Shown: in pieces, positions 1 to 9,327 of the stretch
Layout: each line of letters starts with the position of its first letter
How positions within the stretch are numbered: position 1 is the stretch's first letter
From: a virus
Lineage: Duplodnaviria; Caudoviricetes
Length of the DNA: 56,337 nt
IMG/VR virus record: IMGVR_UViG_3300010354_000005
Coordinates: 1 to 56,337 of that record
Strand: one strand, 5' to 3'
The notes under the pieces: generated by a model
Told to the model about the DNA's origin: nothing
Seen by the model: the letters and a program-made list of their open reading frames with translations, nothing else
The model's database searches: none
Made by a program: the position numbers and the translations under genes

Positions 1-123
1 CGGGGTATAAGCAACATTACTTGTTATTTTTCAAACAGGTTATGCTATACTTGTGGCAAAATGAAAATACATGTGCATATATAGTAACAATATCTAGCGC
101 AGCGTGGCGCAGCGGTAGCGCGA
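1..123. repeat. Terminal direct repeat, copy 1 (probable circular assembly overlap)
   Basis: 1-123 is identical to 56215-56337 and ends inside tRNA-Met. Confidence 0.95.
43..51 (+). promoter_or_regulatory. Putative extended -10 promoter for tRNAs and late operon
   Basis: TG-C-TATACT in an AT-rich stretch about 45 nt upstream of tRNA-Met. Confidence 0.4.
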
Positions 124-172
124 TGGACTCATAATCCATAGGTCACAGGTTCGAGTCCTGTCGCTGCAACCA
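98..172 (+). tRNA. tRNA-Met(CAT), initiator-like
   Basis: Cloverleaf: acceptor CGCAGCG/CGCTGCA with C1:A72 mismatch, anticodon stem ATGGA/TCCAT, loop CTCATAA, T-loop TTCGAGT, encoded CCA. Confidence 0.93.
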
Positions 173-178
173 CTCAAC

Positions 179-250
179 AGCCCCCAAGCCTCTGTCTCCT
201 TCTACCCTGAGATTGAAGGAACCAAGCTCACCCCGGGGGCTTTTCTTTTT
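179..250 (+). terminator. Possible large-loop terminator or processing structure between the tRNAs
   Basis: AGCCCCC pairs with GGGGGCT, with an inner TCCTTC/GAAGGA stem, followed by TTTTCTTTTT. Confidence 0.45.
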
Positions 251-254
251 CTAC

Positions 255-328
255 TACCCATTGGTGTAATGGCAGCATCCTAGTCTCCAAAACTAATGGT
301 GGGGGTTCAAGTCCCTCATGGGTAGCCA
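255..328 (+). tRNA. tRNA-Trp(CCA)
   Basis: Acceptor TACCCAT/ATGGGTA, discriminator G, encoded CCA, anticodon loop CTCCAAA, T-loop TTCAAGT. Confidence 0.92.
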
Positions 329-340
329 CTCTATAATTTT

Positions 341-604
341 ATGTTACAACCTAAACAACTCCAAGAGTTCCTGAACAGGGTCGAAGCCCTGCGCGGCGTA
401 ATGGTCGGCTATGAGTCGCCAGAGAAAGAAGCGATAGCGCCACATGTGGTGATGCTTTCCGGTCTGGTGAACATCCACGGCACCCCTCACCTGTTCGAGG
501 CGGAACTGAATCTGGCTGAGTTCCATACCCAAGATGATCTGATGCTTCTAGCCAAGCGCATGATCGCAGCCTTTGAGAAGGCAGGGGTCGAAGTCAAAAC
601 CTAA
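341..604 (+). CDS. Hypothetical protein
   Basis: 87-aa ORF co-oriented with the packaging genes. Confidence 0.7.
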   Translation: MLQPKQLQEFLNRVEALRGVMVGYESPEKEAIAPHVVMLSGLVNIHGTPHLFEAELNLAEFHTQDDLMLLAKRMIAAFEKAGVEVKT

Positions 605-614
605 AGGATATCAA

Positions 615-866
615 ATGGCAGCAAGGATTAAAAAGATTCGTCATGACGAGAACACACGTCTCAAGATCCAAGCGGCTCAGTTAATCAATCGTCTTGAGGC
701 ACACGCCAACGGCACAGTGGAAATGACCACTACCCAAGTTCGTGCCATCGAGATCCTCCTACGCAAGATCCTGCCTGACTTGGCCGATGTCCGTATGGAG
801 GTCGATGCCCAGCCGATTACCTTCAACCTGAACATGGGTGCTCCCCAAGAAGAAGGAGACGAGTAA
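615..866 (+). CDS. terS: Probable terminase small subunit
   Basis: Start MAARIKKIRH with SD AAGGA; small helical protein upstream of terL. Call rests on position and general resemblance. Confidence 0.6.
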   Translation: MAARIKKIRHDENTRLKIQAAQLINRLEAHANGTVEMTTTQVRAIEILLRKILPDLADVRMEVDAQPITFNLNMGAPQEEGDE

Positions 867-1243
867 TGGGTCACTGCGCTGATTGGAACAGGAAGTCATT
901 CAAGAAGGGCCCGGTCAAGATGGCTGATGGCGGTGACGTACCCAGCCTAGGCTACGAGCCTGATTCCGAAGAGTACGATACCCCGTTCGAGTTGTCCTAC
1001 TCCGCAGAAGGTCAAGGCGTTGGCGACTACGGTGGCGGTGGACGCATAGGTCGTACCCACCACTTCGACGACAAAACCTCCCTGAATGTTGGTGTATCCG
1101 GTAGCCACTGGAAAGGTGGCGGTCAATCTGGCCGTAGCATTGATGCTATTGATGCAACTTACAAGAATAAGTTTGGCAGCTTTGGCGCATCGTTCGAGCC
1201 CAACACCAAGAAGATCAACGTAAGTTTCTACAAAGAGTTCTAA
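866..1243 (+). CDS. Hypothetical protein with MADGG motif and beta-rich C-terminus
   Basis: 125-aa ORF, translationally coupled (TAATG). Confidence 0.7.
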   Translation: MGHCADWNRKSFKKGPVKMADGGDVPSLGYEPDSEEYDTPFELSYSAEGQGVGDYGGGGRIGRTHHFDDKTSLNVGVSGSHWKGGGQSGRSIDAIDATYKNKFGSFGASFEPNTKKINVSFYKEF

Positions 1244-1245
1244 GT

Positions 1246-2691
1246 GTGTCTTATCAATTTAACTACAACCCACCCGGCAAAGAAGCCGCCAAGTTCCACA
1301 AGGCCAATGGATTCGTCCGTGGCTTGATGGGGCCTGTAGGCTCAGGCAAATCCTCAAGCTGTTGCGTCGAGATTGTATCCCGTGCGCTACGGCAGCAACC
1401 GGGCAGGGATGGGGTGCGGCGTTCGCGCTGGCTGATTATTCGTAACACCTACCCCGAACTAAAGTCCACGACCATCAAGACATGGGAGCAATGGTTCCCT
1501 CCTGAAGTGGCACCTATCAAATGGGATACGCCCATCACCTCGACGCTGAACATCAGCAACATCGGGGATGGCACATCCTTGAATCTCGAAGTTATGTTTA
1601 TGGCATTGGATAAGCCTACCGAGACAGGTAAGCTGAGATCTCTGGAACTGACCGGCGCTTGGATCAACGAAGCATCCGAGGTTCCAAAGGAGATCTTCGA
1701 TATGGTCACGCAGCGTGTGGGACGTTACCCCGCTAGGACGCAAGGTGGCCCGAGCTGGCACGGTATCATTCTTGATACTAACCCACCAGACGACGATCAC
1801 TGGTACTACAAGGTTGCAGAAGAAGAGAAGCCTGAGGGCTGGGAGTTCTTCCGTCAACCCGGCGGTCTCATCAAGAGCATCAACGAGGAAGGCAAGGAAG
1901 TCTTTGCCCCCAACCCGTTTGCCGAGAACGTCAGGAACTTGCCAAATGGTTATGGCTATTACCAGCAGCAGCTTGCCAGCAAGACGGACGATTGGATCAA
2001 TGTGTTTGTCCTTGGCAACTACGGCTCGACGCTGGACGGTAAGCCTGTGTACCCAGAGTACAACGACAAGGTTCACTGCCTGAAAGAAGATGTTGAGGCC
2101 ACGCCCGGGATGCCGTTAGTCCTAGGCTGGGACTTTGGCTTGACCCCAGCTTGCATCATCATGCAGGAGACTGCGCGTGGTGCGCTGCACATCGTTGACG
2201 AGCTGGTATCCGAGGACATGGGTATACGGCAGTTCGCTAATGATGTAGTCAAACCATTCTTAAATCAACACTATGGCAACTTTCAACTCGTATCTTCTGG
2301 CGACCCTGCTGGTGGTATTAGAGCCCAGACGGATGAGCGAACCTGCTTCCAAGAACTTCTTGAGGCCGGCATTTATACGGAGCCAGCTCCAACGAATGAT
2401 TGGATCCCGCGCCGTGAATCTGTAGCCTACTTCATGACCAAGATGGCAGATGGCAAGCCGGGGTTTATGATTAACCCGAGATGCCGCAGCTTGAGGAAGG
2501 GATTCCTTGGGCGTTACAAATATGAAAGAATTAAAACTTCTGGCCTAGCCCGGTACAAAGATCGACCGCTCAAGGACGACTACTCGCACCCACAAGATGC
2601 TTTGCAGTATGGATGCTTGAAGATTCGTAGCGGGGTCGCACCGGCTCGGGCAAGATCCGTTAAAAAAGTCTCTGCTAGGGGATGGACATAA
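1246..2691 (+). CDS. terL: Terminase large subunit
   Basis: Walker A GPVGSGKS, Walker B AWINE, coupling motif DTNPP, nuclease motif GWDFG. Confidence 0.95.
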   Translation: MSYQFNYNPPGKEAAKFHKANGFVRGLMGPVGSGKSSSCCVEIVSRALRQQPGRDGVRRSRWLIIRNTYPELKSTTIKTWEQWFPPEVAPIKWDTPITSTLNISNIGDGTSLNLEVMFMALDKPTETGKLRSLELTGAWINEASEVPKEIFDMVTQRVGRYPARTQGGPSWHGIILDTNPPDDDHWYYKVAEEEKPEGWEFFRQPGGLIKSINEEGKEVFAPNPFAENVRNLPNGYGYYQQQLASKTDDWINVFVLGNYGSTLDGKPVYPEYNDKVHCLKEDVEATPGMPLVLGWDFGLTPACIIMQETARGALHIVDELVSEDMGIRQFANDVVKPFLNQHYGNFQLVSSGDPAGGIRAQTDERTCFQELLEAGIYTEPAPTNDWIPRRESVAYFMTKMADGKPGFMINPRCRSLRKGFLGRYKYERIKTSGLARYKDRPLKDDYSHPQDALQYGCLKIRSGVAPARARSVKKVSARGWT

Positions 2692-4797
2692 ATGAGCTAT
2701 AGCTTACAGCGGCCACAGATTGAGGCGACAGTTACACAGGTAGACGATCAGGAAAGCAATGCTCGGTTCGAGTCTCGCCTGTCAGCTTATGTTCGTTCCT
2801 GCTGGGACGAGGCAAAGACCGCCAAGGTTCAAATCACTGAGCGTCTGTTGAAGTGTGAGCGTCAGCGTCGGGGCGAGTATGACCCTGAGCGTATGTCTGA
2901 GATCCAACGAGTAGGTGGCTCTGACATCTACATGATGCTTACCGATGTGAAGTGCCGTGCCGCTGAGTCGTGGATCAAGGACGTGATGCTAAATCAGCAA
3001 GAGCGTGTCTTTGATCTGAAGGTGTCTAGCTATCCTGACATTCCGCCCGAGATGAAGCGTGGCATCGTAGATCAGGTTCGTTCCGAGGCAGAAGAGTTCT
3101 TGGCACAGTCTGATGAGCCGCTACACCCTGAGGCATTCCGCGCACGGATGGAGGAAGTCCATGAGGCTACCCTAACCCGTATGCGTGACGAGGCCGAAGA
3201 TGCTGCACGTCGCATGGGTCTGAAGATCGATGACCAGTTGCGTAAGGGCAAGTTCCCTGAAGAGCTGAAGAAGTTCATCACGGACTTCACGACCTTCCCG
3301 ACAGCCATCATGAAAGGCCCGGTCATCAAGCGTGGCAAGGAGATGGCATGGGGCCCCGGGTTCACTCCCGTTGTGGTCAACAACTACCAAGAGAAGTTTG
3401 AGCGCGTCAGTCCTTACGACATCTTCCCTTCGCCGGCATCTACTGGCGTGAACGATGCGTACCTGATTCAGCGCCACTTCCTGAACCTGCGTTCCTTGGA
3501 AGCTATGCGTGGCACCCCCGGTGTCAACGACGAAGAACTGTCAACCGTTATCAGCCGCTTTGGTTTGTCTGGTTATCGCAACTGGATCCAAGGCGACAAC
3601 GAACAGCGTGTGCTGGCTGGCAAACCTTTCCGCTATCCGATCAATGCTGGCGAGGTCGAGACCGTCGAGTTCTGGGGTTCAGTCCCCGGCACTATGCTCC
3701 TTGAGTGGGGCATTGAGGACGACATCGATCCTGATTCTGTGTATGAGATCGACGCTTGGTGGACTGACGGTTGCCTGTGGAAGTGCGTCCTGAATCCCGA
3801 TCCTCTCGGTGAGCGTCCATATCAGATTGCTTCGTGGGAAGATGTGCCCGACTCCTTCTGGGGCGTGGCTCTGGGTGAGGTCATGCGTGATACTCAGGTA
3901 TTGTGCAACGCAGCAGCCCGCGCAATTGCAAACAACATGGGTGTAGCTTCTGGCCCGCAGGTCGAGGTCACTGTTGACCGTCTGCCTGATGGCGAGGACA
4001 TCACTGACGTTTACCCTTGGAAGATCTGGCAAACCACTTCGGACAAAACCGGCGGTGGTCAACCTGCTGTGCGTTTCTTCCAGCCTAGCCTGAATGCCGG
4101 CGAGTTGCTGCAAGTCTTTATGCAGTTCTCCAAGCAAGCAGATGAAGTCACTGGTATCCCTAACTATGTGTACGGTAGCGCCGCGGTATCTGGTGCAGGT
4201 CGTACCGCTTCCGGTTTGTCTATGTTAATGGACAACGCAAGCAAAGGTATCAAACAAGCAATTGCAAACATTGATACAATAGTAAGTGGTATAGTGCAGA
4301 AACTATATATTCACAACATGATGTTCGATCCTGATCCTTACATCAAGGGCGACTTCAGTGTTATTGCCAAAGGTGCAATTGGTCTGCTGCATAAAGAGAC
4401 CTTACAGATGCGCCGCAATGAGTTCCTCGTTGCTACGGCCAATCCGATTGATTCTCAAATCACAGGCATGCAGGGTCGTGCTTACCTGTTGCGTGAAGCT
4501 GCGCGTGGCCTTCAGATGGATACGGAGAAGCTTGTTCCCAATGCTGACAGCATGAAGGAGCAGGAGATCAATATGAAGGCGCAGGTGCTTGCTCAACAAA
4601 TGGTGCAGCAAATGGCGGCACAGATGCAAGCCCAGCAACCTCCAAGCCCAGCAGAAATCCCGCAGTCACAGCCCCTACCACCTGAGCCACAGATGTTGGC
4701 AGACGGTGGACAGGTCGGCATGACTGAGGATGAGATGATGCAAGCAGATATGGCTGACCAAATCCTACGGGCATTAGCCGTTAACAACGTAGTCTAA
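2692..4797 (+). CDS. Portal (head-tail connector) protein
   Basis: 701 aa directly after terL with a Q/P-rich C-terminal tail, as in podovirus portals. Confidence 0.85.
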   Translation: MSYSLQRPQIEATVTQVDDQESNARFESRLSAYVRSCWDEAKTAKVQITERLLKCERQRRGEYDPERMSEIQRVGGSDIYMMLTDVKCRAAESWIKDVMLNQQERVFDLKVSSYPDIPPEMKRGIVDQVRSEAEEFLAQSDEPLHPEAFRARMEEVHEATLTRMRDEAEDAARRMGLKIDDQLRKGKFPEELKKFITDFTTFPTAIMKGPVIKRGKEMAWGPGFTPVVVNNYQEKFERVSPYDIFPSPASTGVNDAYLIQRHFLNLRSLEAMRGTPGVNDEELSTVISRFGLSGYRNWIQGDNEQRVLAGKPFRYPINAGEVETVEFWGSVPGTMLLEWGIEDDIDPDSVYEIDAWWTDGCLWKCVLNPDPLGERPYQIASWEDVPDSFWGVALGEVMRDTQVLCNAAARAIANNMGVASGPQVEVTVDRLPDGEDITDVYPWKIWQTTSDKTGGGQPAVRFFQPSLNAGELLQVFMQFSKQADEVTGIPNYVYGSAAVSGAGRTASGLSMLMDNASKGIKQAIANIDTIVSGIVQKLYIHNMMFDPDPYIKGDFSVIAKGAIGLLHKETLQMRRNEFLVATANPIDSQITGMQGRAYLLREAARGLQMDTEKLVPNADSMKEQEINMKAQVLAQQMVQQMAAQMQAQQPPSPAEIPQSQPLPPEPQMLADGGQVGMTEDEMMQADMADQILRALAVNNVV

Positions 4798-4807
4798 GGA
4801 GACACGA

Positions 4808-4945
4808 ATGGCGCACAAACTTTTGAAGCACCCTCCTCGCAATTCCAAAGAGAAGAAAATGATGGAAGAGAAGGGAAAGAAAATGCCGATGCACAAAATG
4901 CCCGATGGCAAGATGATGCCCGGGAAGAAACATAAGGGGAAATAA
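4808..4945 (+). CDS. Small basic protein (45 aa, HKMPDGKMMPGKKH); not in the ORF track
   Basis: SD AAGGAG, ATG at 4808, TAA at 4943-4945 abutting the next ATG. Confidence 0.75.
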   Translation: MAHKLLKHPPRNSKEKKMMEEKGKKMPMHKMPDGKMMPGKKHKGK

Positions 4946-5956
4946 ATGGCCGGATACGTTCCAGATTGGCTGCGAGACAGTCACAAGAAAACAGGGAAGG
5001 AAAAGGTTGAGCACGGTAAGCGTTCCATGCCCGGCTTCCATGCTGACCAGAAAGGCCACCCCCTGACAGAGAAGGCACCCCACACTGCGGCAGCTTACTT
5101 TGCTGATGGCGGTATGGTGTATATGGCAGATGGCCGCGACCCTACCGAAGCAGAGCTGAAGCAGATGGGTCTTGATGCGTCCAACCGTGAGCGTGAAAAT
5201 GCTGACGCTAATAACAGGCCCGGTATTGTTGAGGGCTTCAAGCGCCTAGCTTCCCGTTTCTCAGAAGGCAACATCGATGATCCTAACAGCCTAGCCTATG
5301 AGCGTTATGGTGCTGGCCGCGGTCGTCGTGAGTATGAGAACCAGAAAGCTTTCGCTGAGAACGCCAAGATGCAAGGCAGCGGTATGCGCGATGCTGGTAT
5401 GGTTATGCGCGGCGAGAAAGAGAAGAAGTCTGAAGGCCCGACCGTTATGGGCGACAAGGCGCAAGCCGTACCAACTCCTAAGGTTGACGAGGTGAGGCCG
5501 CTATCCATGAGTATGGACATGGACTCGATGAAGCGTAGTGCTATGAGTGGTGGAGCTGATCTTCCTAAGGTTGAGCCCAATGCTGTGCCGCGTCCGATGG
5601 CTACTGAGCCTGATCGTAAAGCCAAGCCAGCCGCAGAACCTAAGCGTCGCGGTGTTGCATCTGGCACTACCCCTGCTGGTGGTGGCGGTGGTTCACCAAA
5701 GCGCGGTGTTGAAACAGGCACTACTCCCGCTGAGCCAAGCAACAGTACCCGCAAGGAAAAGCCGGGTGCCCGCGGTGGCGACAACGAGAAGCGCAAGTCT
5801 AAGCCCTACCCAGCAGAGCAAGCAGTCCAGAACCTCGGCAAGAGATTCAAAGACGCTGACGATGCGCTGAAGGCTGATCCCAAGAATGCCGCCAAGAAGA
5901 AGGCACGGGATGAAGCGAAGATGCGGTACGAGAAGGCTGCAAAAGAATTGAGGTAA
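4946..5956 (+). CDS. Low-complexity head-region protein with FADGG/MADGR motifs
   Basis: 336-aa ORF with repeated KRGVxxGTTPA and a basic C-terminus. Confidence 0.75.
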   Translation: MAGYVPDWLRDSHKKTGKEKVEHGKRSMPGFHADQKGHPLTEKAPHTAAAYFADGGMVYMADGRDPTEAELKQMGLDASNRERENADANNRPGIVEGFKRLASRFSEGNIDDPNSLAYERYGAGRGRREYENQKAFAENAKMQGSGMRDAGMVMRGEKEKKSEGPTVMGDKAQAVPTPKVDEVRPLSMSMDMDSMKRSAMSGGADLPKVEPNAVPRPMATEPDRKAKPAAEPKRRGVASGTTPAGGGGGSPKRGVETGTTPAEPSNSTRKEKPGARGGDNEKRKSKPYPAEQAVQNLGKRFKDADDALKADPKNAAKKKARDEAKMRYEKAAKELR

Positions 5957-5959
5957 TCC

Positions 5960-6202
5960 GTGTTATCACAAATTAGCAATGAAACAATTAACGCGCTTGC
6001 ACAGCTTGATGGCAACGTCCACTTCGAACAAGTGAAACGATGGCTTCAAGAATCTCTGCATGAACTTGATAGAACAACCCCTATCACCAAGGACGAGGTA
6101 CAGACTCGCTGGAACCAAGGGGCTCAACAAGTCTTGAACGAGATACTAGATAAGGCCGTAGGTGCCGAGCAAGCGATACGAAAGATTCGGTCGAGATTCT
6201 AA
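5960..6202 (+). CDS. Small hypothetical head-module protein
   Basis: 80 aa between portal region and scaffold, with SD GAGG. Confidence 0.7.
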   Translation: MLSQISNETINALAQLDGNVHFEQVKRWLQESLHELDRTTPITKDEVQTRWNQGAQQVLNEILDKAVGAEQAIRKIRSRF

Positions 6203-6291
6203 TCGACAGATCCCTAAGCTAACAGGGCTGAGTTAGCAATAATGAAAATCTTGGATGACCTGACGAGGATCCAAGACTCATGGAGAAATTT

Positions 6292-7233
6292 ATGGCAATC
6301 CCACGCAAAGTACGCGAAGCAGAAGAACGAGCCAACGCTCTACACAAGCAGCTTTATGAGAGCCCGCCTGTGCCAGAGCCGAACCCAGCACCGGATCCCC
6401 AACCCGATCCTGCGCCGGCTCCCATTAACGACCCTGACCCAGATCCTAATCTGGAAGCAAATGGCGGGAATCCACCCCCGGAGCCGCCAGCCCCGCCTCA
6501 GGACGATAACAAATGGGAACAGCGGTACAAGGTAATCGAGGGGAAGTACCGAGCTGAAGTTCCTCGTATGGCCGCGGAAAACAAAGAGCTTAGGTCGCAG
6601 ATGGCCGAGCTTGCAGCACAGATCGAATCTCTTAAGAGTCAAGCCGAGTCCCAAAGGGCACCACTCATTACAGAGGCCGATAAGGAAAAGTACGGAGAAG
6701 ATCTGTTGGATGTTATTCAACGGGCAACTCAACAGGCAACTGCCGCTAAGGATGCGGAGATTGCTGAACTCAAACGCCGCATGGATACTGTGACTAACAC
6801 AGCGTCCAAGGTTACTGAGTCCAGCTATTACTCTGATCTGAATCGTGCTGCGCCGAATTGGGTACAACTCAACTCCGACGAAAGATTCCTGTCGTGGCTG
6901 GATGAATACGATCCCCTTACAGGTCGTACTCGACAAGAGCTATTAGAGATCGCTGAGCAAGAAAGGGATGCCGAACGCACTGCACGTTTCTTCACTTTGT
7001 TTGAAGAACTGCACGGCGACAAAAAGCAGTCTCCGCCGCCTCCTAATAAACAGGCGCACCAAGCACCAGACAGTCGTAAGAACAACCCGGCTCCTGCCGC
7101 GAAGAGATACTTCACGCGCAAGGAGATACAGGAGTTCTACTCTGCCTGTCGCAATGGGCGCGTGTCTCCTAAGGATATGGTGGCAATGGAGGCAGAAATC
7201 CATGCCGCATCTTTAGAGGGCCGAGTTCGGTAA
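6292..7233 (+). CDS. Capsid scaffolding protein
   Basis: Pro/acidic N-terminus and coiled coil, directly before the capsid gene; SD GGAG favours the 6292 start. Confidence 0.8.
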   Translation: MAIPRKVREAEERANALHKQLYESPPVPEPNPAPDPQPDPAPAPINDPDPDPNLEANGGNPPPEPPAPPQDDNKWEQRYKVIEGKYRAEVPRMAAENKELRSQMAELAAQIESLKSQAESQRAPLITEADKEKYGEDLLDVIQRATQQATAAKDAEIAELKRRMDTVTNTASKVTESSYYSDLNRAAPNWVQLNSDERFLSWLDEYDPLTGRTRQELLEIAEQERDAERTARFFTLFEELHGDKKQSPPPPNKQAHQAPDSRKNNPAPAAKRYFTRKEIQEFYSACRNGRVSPKDMVAMEAEIHAASLEGRVR

Positions 7234-7279
7234 CTCTACATTTGCGGCGAAAACATATTAGATCTAAGGAGATCAAAAA

Positions 7280-8227
7280 ATGTCTTTACCCGTAAATGGT
7301 GGCTATCCTCAGTATAGCTATGCTGACAACCCCGGTGGTTCAGCTTTTATCCCAGAGATTTGGAGCGGCAAGCTTCAAGTCAAGTTTTACAAATCGACTG
7401 TCCTTGGTGAAATCACCAACAACGATTGGGAAGGTGAGATCAAGGGTATGGGCGATACCGTCCACATCCGTTCGATCCCCACTATCACCATCAACAACTA
7501 CAGCAAGGGTCAAACCCTGACGACTGAGACTCCTACCTCGACTCCGATTGATCTCTCAATCGACAAGGGTAAGTACTTCGCCGTTGTAGTTGACGATGTT
7601 GACGTTGTACAGGCAGACGTGAAACTGATGGACATCTTCTCGAATGATGCTTCCGAGCAGATGAAGATCGCCGTTGATAATGACGTTCTGAACAACGTAG
7701 CAGCCGACGCAGCCGCAGCCAACAAAGGCCCGACCGCTGGTGCTATTTCTGGTGACATCGATCTGGGCGACACTGGTGCTCCGATCCACATCACTGTGAA
7801 CAACGTGCTTGAGAAGATCCTCGACGTTGGTCTGGTTCTGGACGAGCAGAACGTACCTGAAGATGGTCGTTGGATGGTTATCCCTTCGTGGATGGCTCCT
7901 CTGTTGAAGAACTCCGACCTGAAGCAAGCTTACCTGACCGGTGACGACACCTCGCCGCTGCGTAATGGTAAGATCGGTATGATCGACCGTTTCACTTTGT
8001 TTGTCTCGAACAACATCAATGTTGTTGCTGACACTGTTGACGCATGGCACGTCATCGCTGGTACCCGTGATGCAATCTCGTTTGCTTCGCAGATCACCAA
8101 CGTGGAAACTCTGCGTTCGACCACCACCTTCGGTGACATCGTTCGTGGCCTGAATGTTTATGGCTACAGCGTTGTTAAGCCTGAGGCTTTGGTCGATCTG
8201 TATGTGTCCAAAGTTGCCCTGCCCTAA
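7280..8227 (+). CDS. Major capsid protein
   Basis: 315 aa with FIPEIWS and GDTVHI motifs typical of HK97-fold podovirus coats; strong SD; followed by a terminator. Confidence 0.9.
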   Translation: MSLPVNGGYPQYSYADNPGGSAFIPEIWSGKLQVKFYKSTVLGEITNNDWEGEIKGMGDTVHIRSIPTITINNYSKGQTLTTETPTSTPIDLSIDKGKYFAVVVDDVDVVQADVKLMDIFSNDASEQMKIAVDNDVLNNVAADAAAANKGPTAGAISGDIDLGDTGAPIHITVNNVLEKILDVGLVLDEQNVPEDGRWMVIPSWMAPLLKNSDLKQAYLTGDDTSPLRNGKIGMIDRFTLFVSNNINVVADTVDAWHVIAGTRDAISFASQITNVETLRSTTTFGDIVRGLNVYGYSVVKPEALVDLYVSKVALP

Positions 8228-8241
8228 TTAGGGTAGTGGTA

Positions 8242-8280
8242 GGGAGGGGGCTCTTACACGGGAGCCTCTTCCCATTTTTT
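8242..8280 (+). terminator. Intrinsic terminator after the capsid gene
   Basis: GGGAGGGGGCTC/GAGCCTCTTCCC stem followed by a T-run. Confidence 0.8.
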
Positions 8281-8296
8281 ATTTTTGTGAGGACTT

Positions 8297-8596
8297 ATGT
8301 CTATTACCGTAGCTCCAACCCCAACCCCAAAGCAGCGCGACAAGCATCGTTTGCTTATGCAGACTACTACCGGCGCGCTATACGCATGGGACGAACAATT
8401 AGCAAAGCGTCAGGATATGGTTGAGTACAAGCATCCGACGCGCGAGAAAGTTGTCAAGAAGGAAAAGAGAACTCCCGATCAGATCAAAGCAGATGCTATG
8501 AGATCCCGGGGTATCGAGCCTCCGACAGAGCCGACTGCCGCAGAGATGGCACAGATGGTTCTGAAGCACAGCAAAAAATCCGCAACTCAGGAATAA
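8297..8596 (+). CDS. Hypothetical protein
   Basis: 99-aa ORF with SD GAGG. Confidence 0.7.
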   Translation: MSITVAPTPTPKQRDKHRLLMQTTTGALYAWDEQLAKRQDMVEYKHPTREKVVKKEKRTPDQIKADAMRSRGIEPPTEPTAAEMAQMVLKHSKKSATQE

Positions 8597-8642
8597 TAAA
8601 AGTGAGGGCGGCGTGGGCTGCTCTTCATTAAGGAGAATCGCC

Positions 8643-8996
8643 ATGCGTCGCCTATTACTTTTACTTGCATTTCTTGCAACCCCTTTTGCTATCGCGCACG
8701 ATTATGCTGAGAAGCATGTCCATGCGAAGTACTTCAAAAACAATGTAGGCGGCTGGACTGTCATCACAGACAAAACCAAGTGGTGTGGTGCCATGCAAGC
8801 GTTTGATGGTTATGCCTTCTCTGCTGCTGGTGACAAGACTAGGTTCTGCTGGGTGCCGAGAGGCGAGATGGTTCTAGTCCGGTTCGAAGGAGAGCGTGAC
8901 ACTGGTATGTGGCCAATGCAAGCTTTCGAAGATCTTCCGCCAGATCAAGAGCCTGATGTAAGCACCATGTTCCCAGAGAATGCAAAGGAACTCTAA
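8643..8996 (+). CDS. Secreted protein (signal peptide, two Cys)
   Basis: MRRLLLLLAFLATPFAIA signal peptide; SD AAGGAG. Confidence 0.7.
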   Translation: MRRLLLLLAFLATPFAIAHDYAEKHVHAKYFKNNVGGWTVITDKTKWCGAMQAFDGYAFSAAGDKTRFCWVPRGEMVLVRFEGERDTGMWPMQAFEDLPPDQEPDVSTMFPENAKEL

Positions 8997-9178
8997 TGGC
9001 AAAGAAAAAGAAGTGGATTCAAGATGCAATCCAAAAACCGGGTTCTCTGCGTAAGTCTCTCGGAATTAAAGAAGGTGAGACGATCCCTGCAAAGATGCTT
9101 GACAAGGCAGCTAAGGCCCCGGGCAAGATGGGTCAACGTGCGCGCTTGGCGAAAACTTTGAAAGGATTCAAAAAATGA
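8996..9178 (+). CDS. Small basic protein
   Basis: 60 aa, K/R-rich (WIQDAIQKPGSLRKSLG), translationally coupled. Confidence 0.75.
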   Translation: MAKKKKWIQDAIQKPGSLRKSLGIKEGETIPAKMLDKAAKAPGKMGQRARLAKTLKGFKK

Positions 9179-9327
9179 AACAGGTATGGGACAAGAAGAA
9201 CCCCAAGAAGAAGAGCACTCCTCTTACTCCTGCACAAAAGGCCGAGGCTAAGCAACGAGCAAAATCGGCTGGTCGTCCCTATCCTAATCTTGTTGACAAT
9301 ATGGCAGCAGGGAGAAAGAAGAAATGA
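9175..9327 (+). CDS. Small basic protein (50 aa, GRPYPNLVDN); not in the ORF track
   Basis: ATGA overlaps at both ends. Confidence 0.75.
   Translation: MKQVWDKKNPKKKSTPLTPAQKAEAKQRAKSAGRPYPNLVDNMAAGRKKK

Noticed and set aside
255-328. Stop-codon recoding or a suppressor tRNA
   Set aside because: The anticodon is the standard CCA, and genes are intact under code 11 using all three stop codons.
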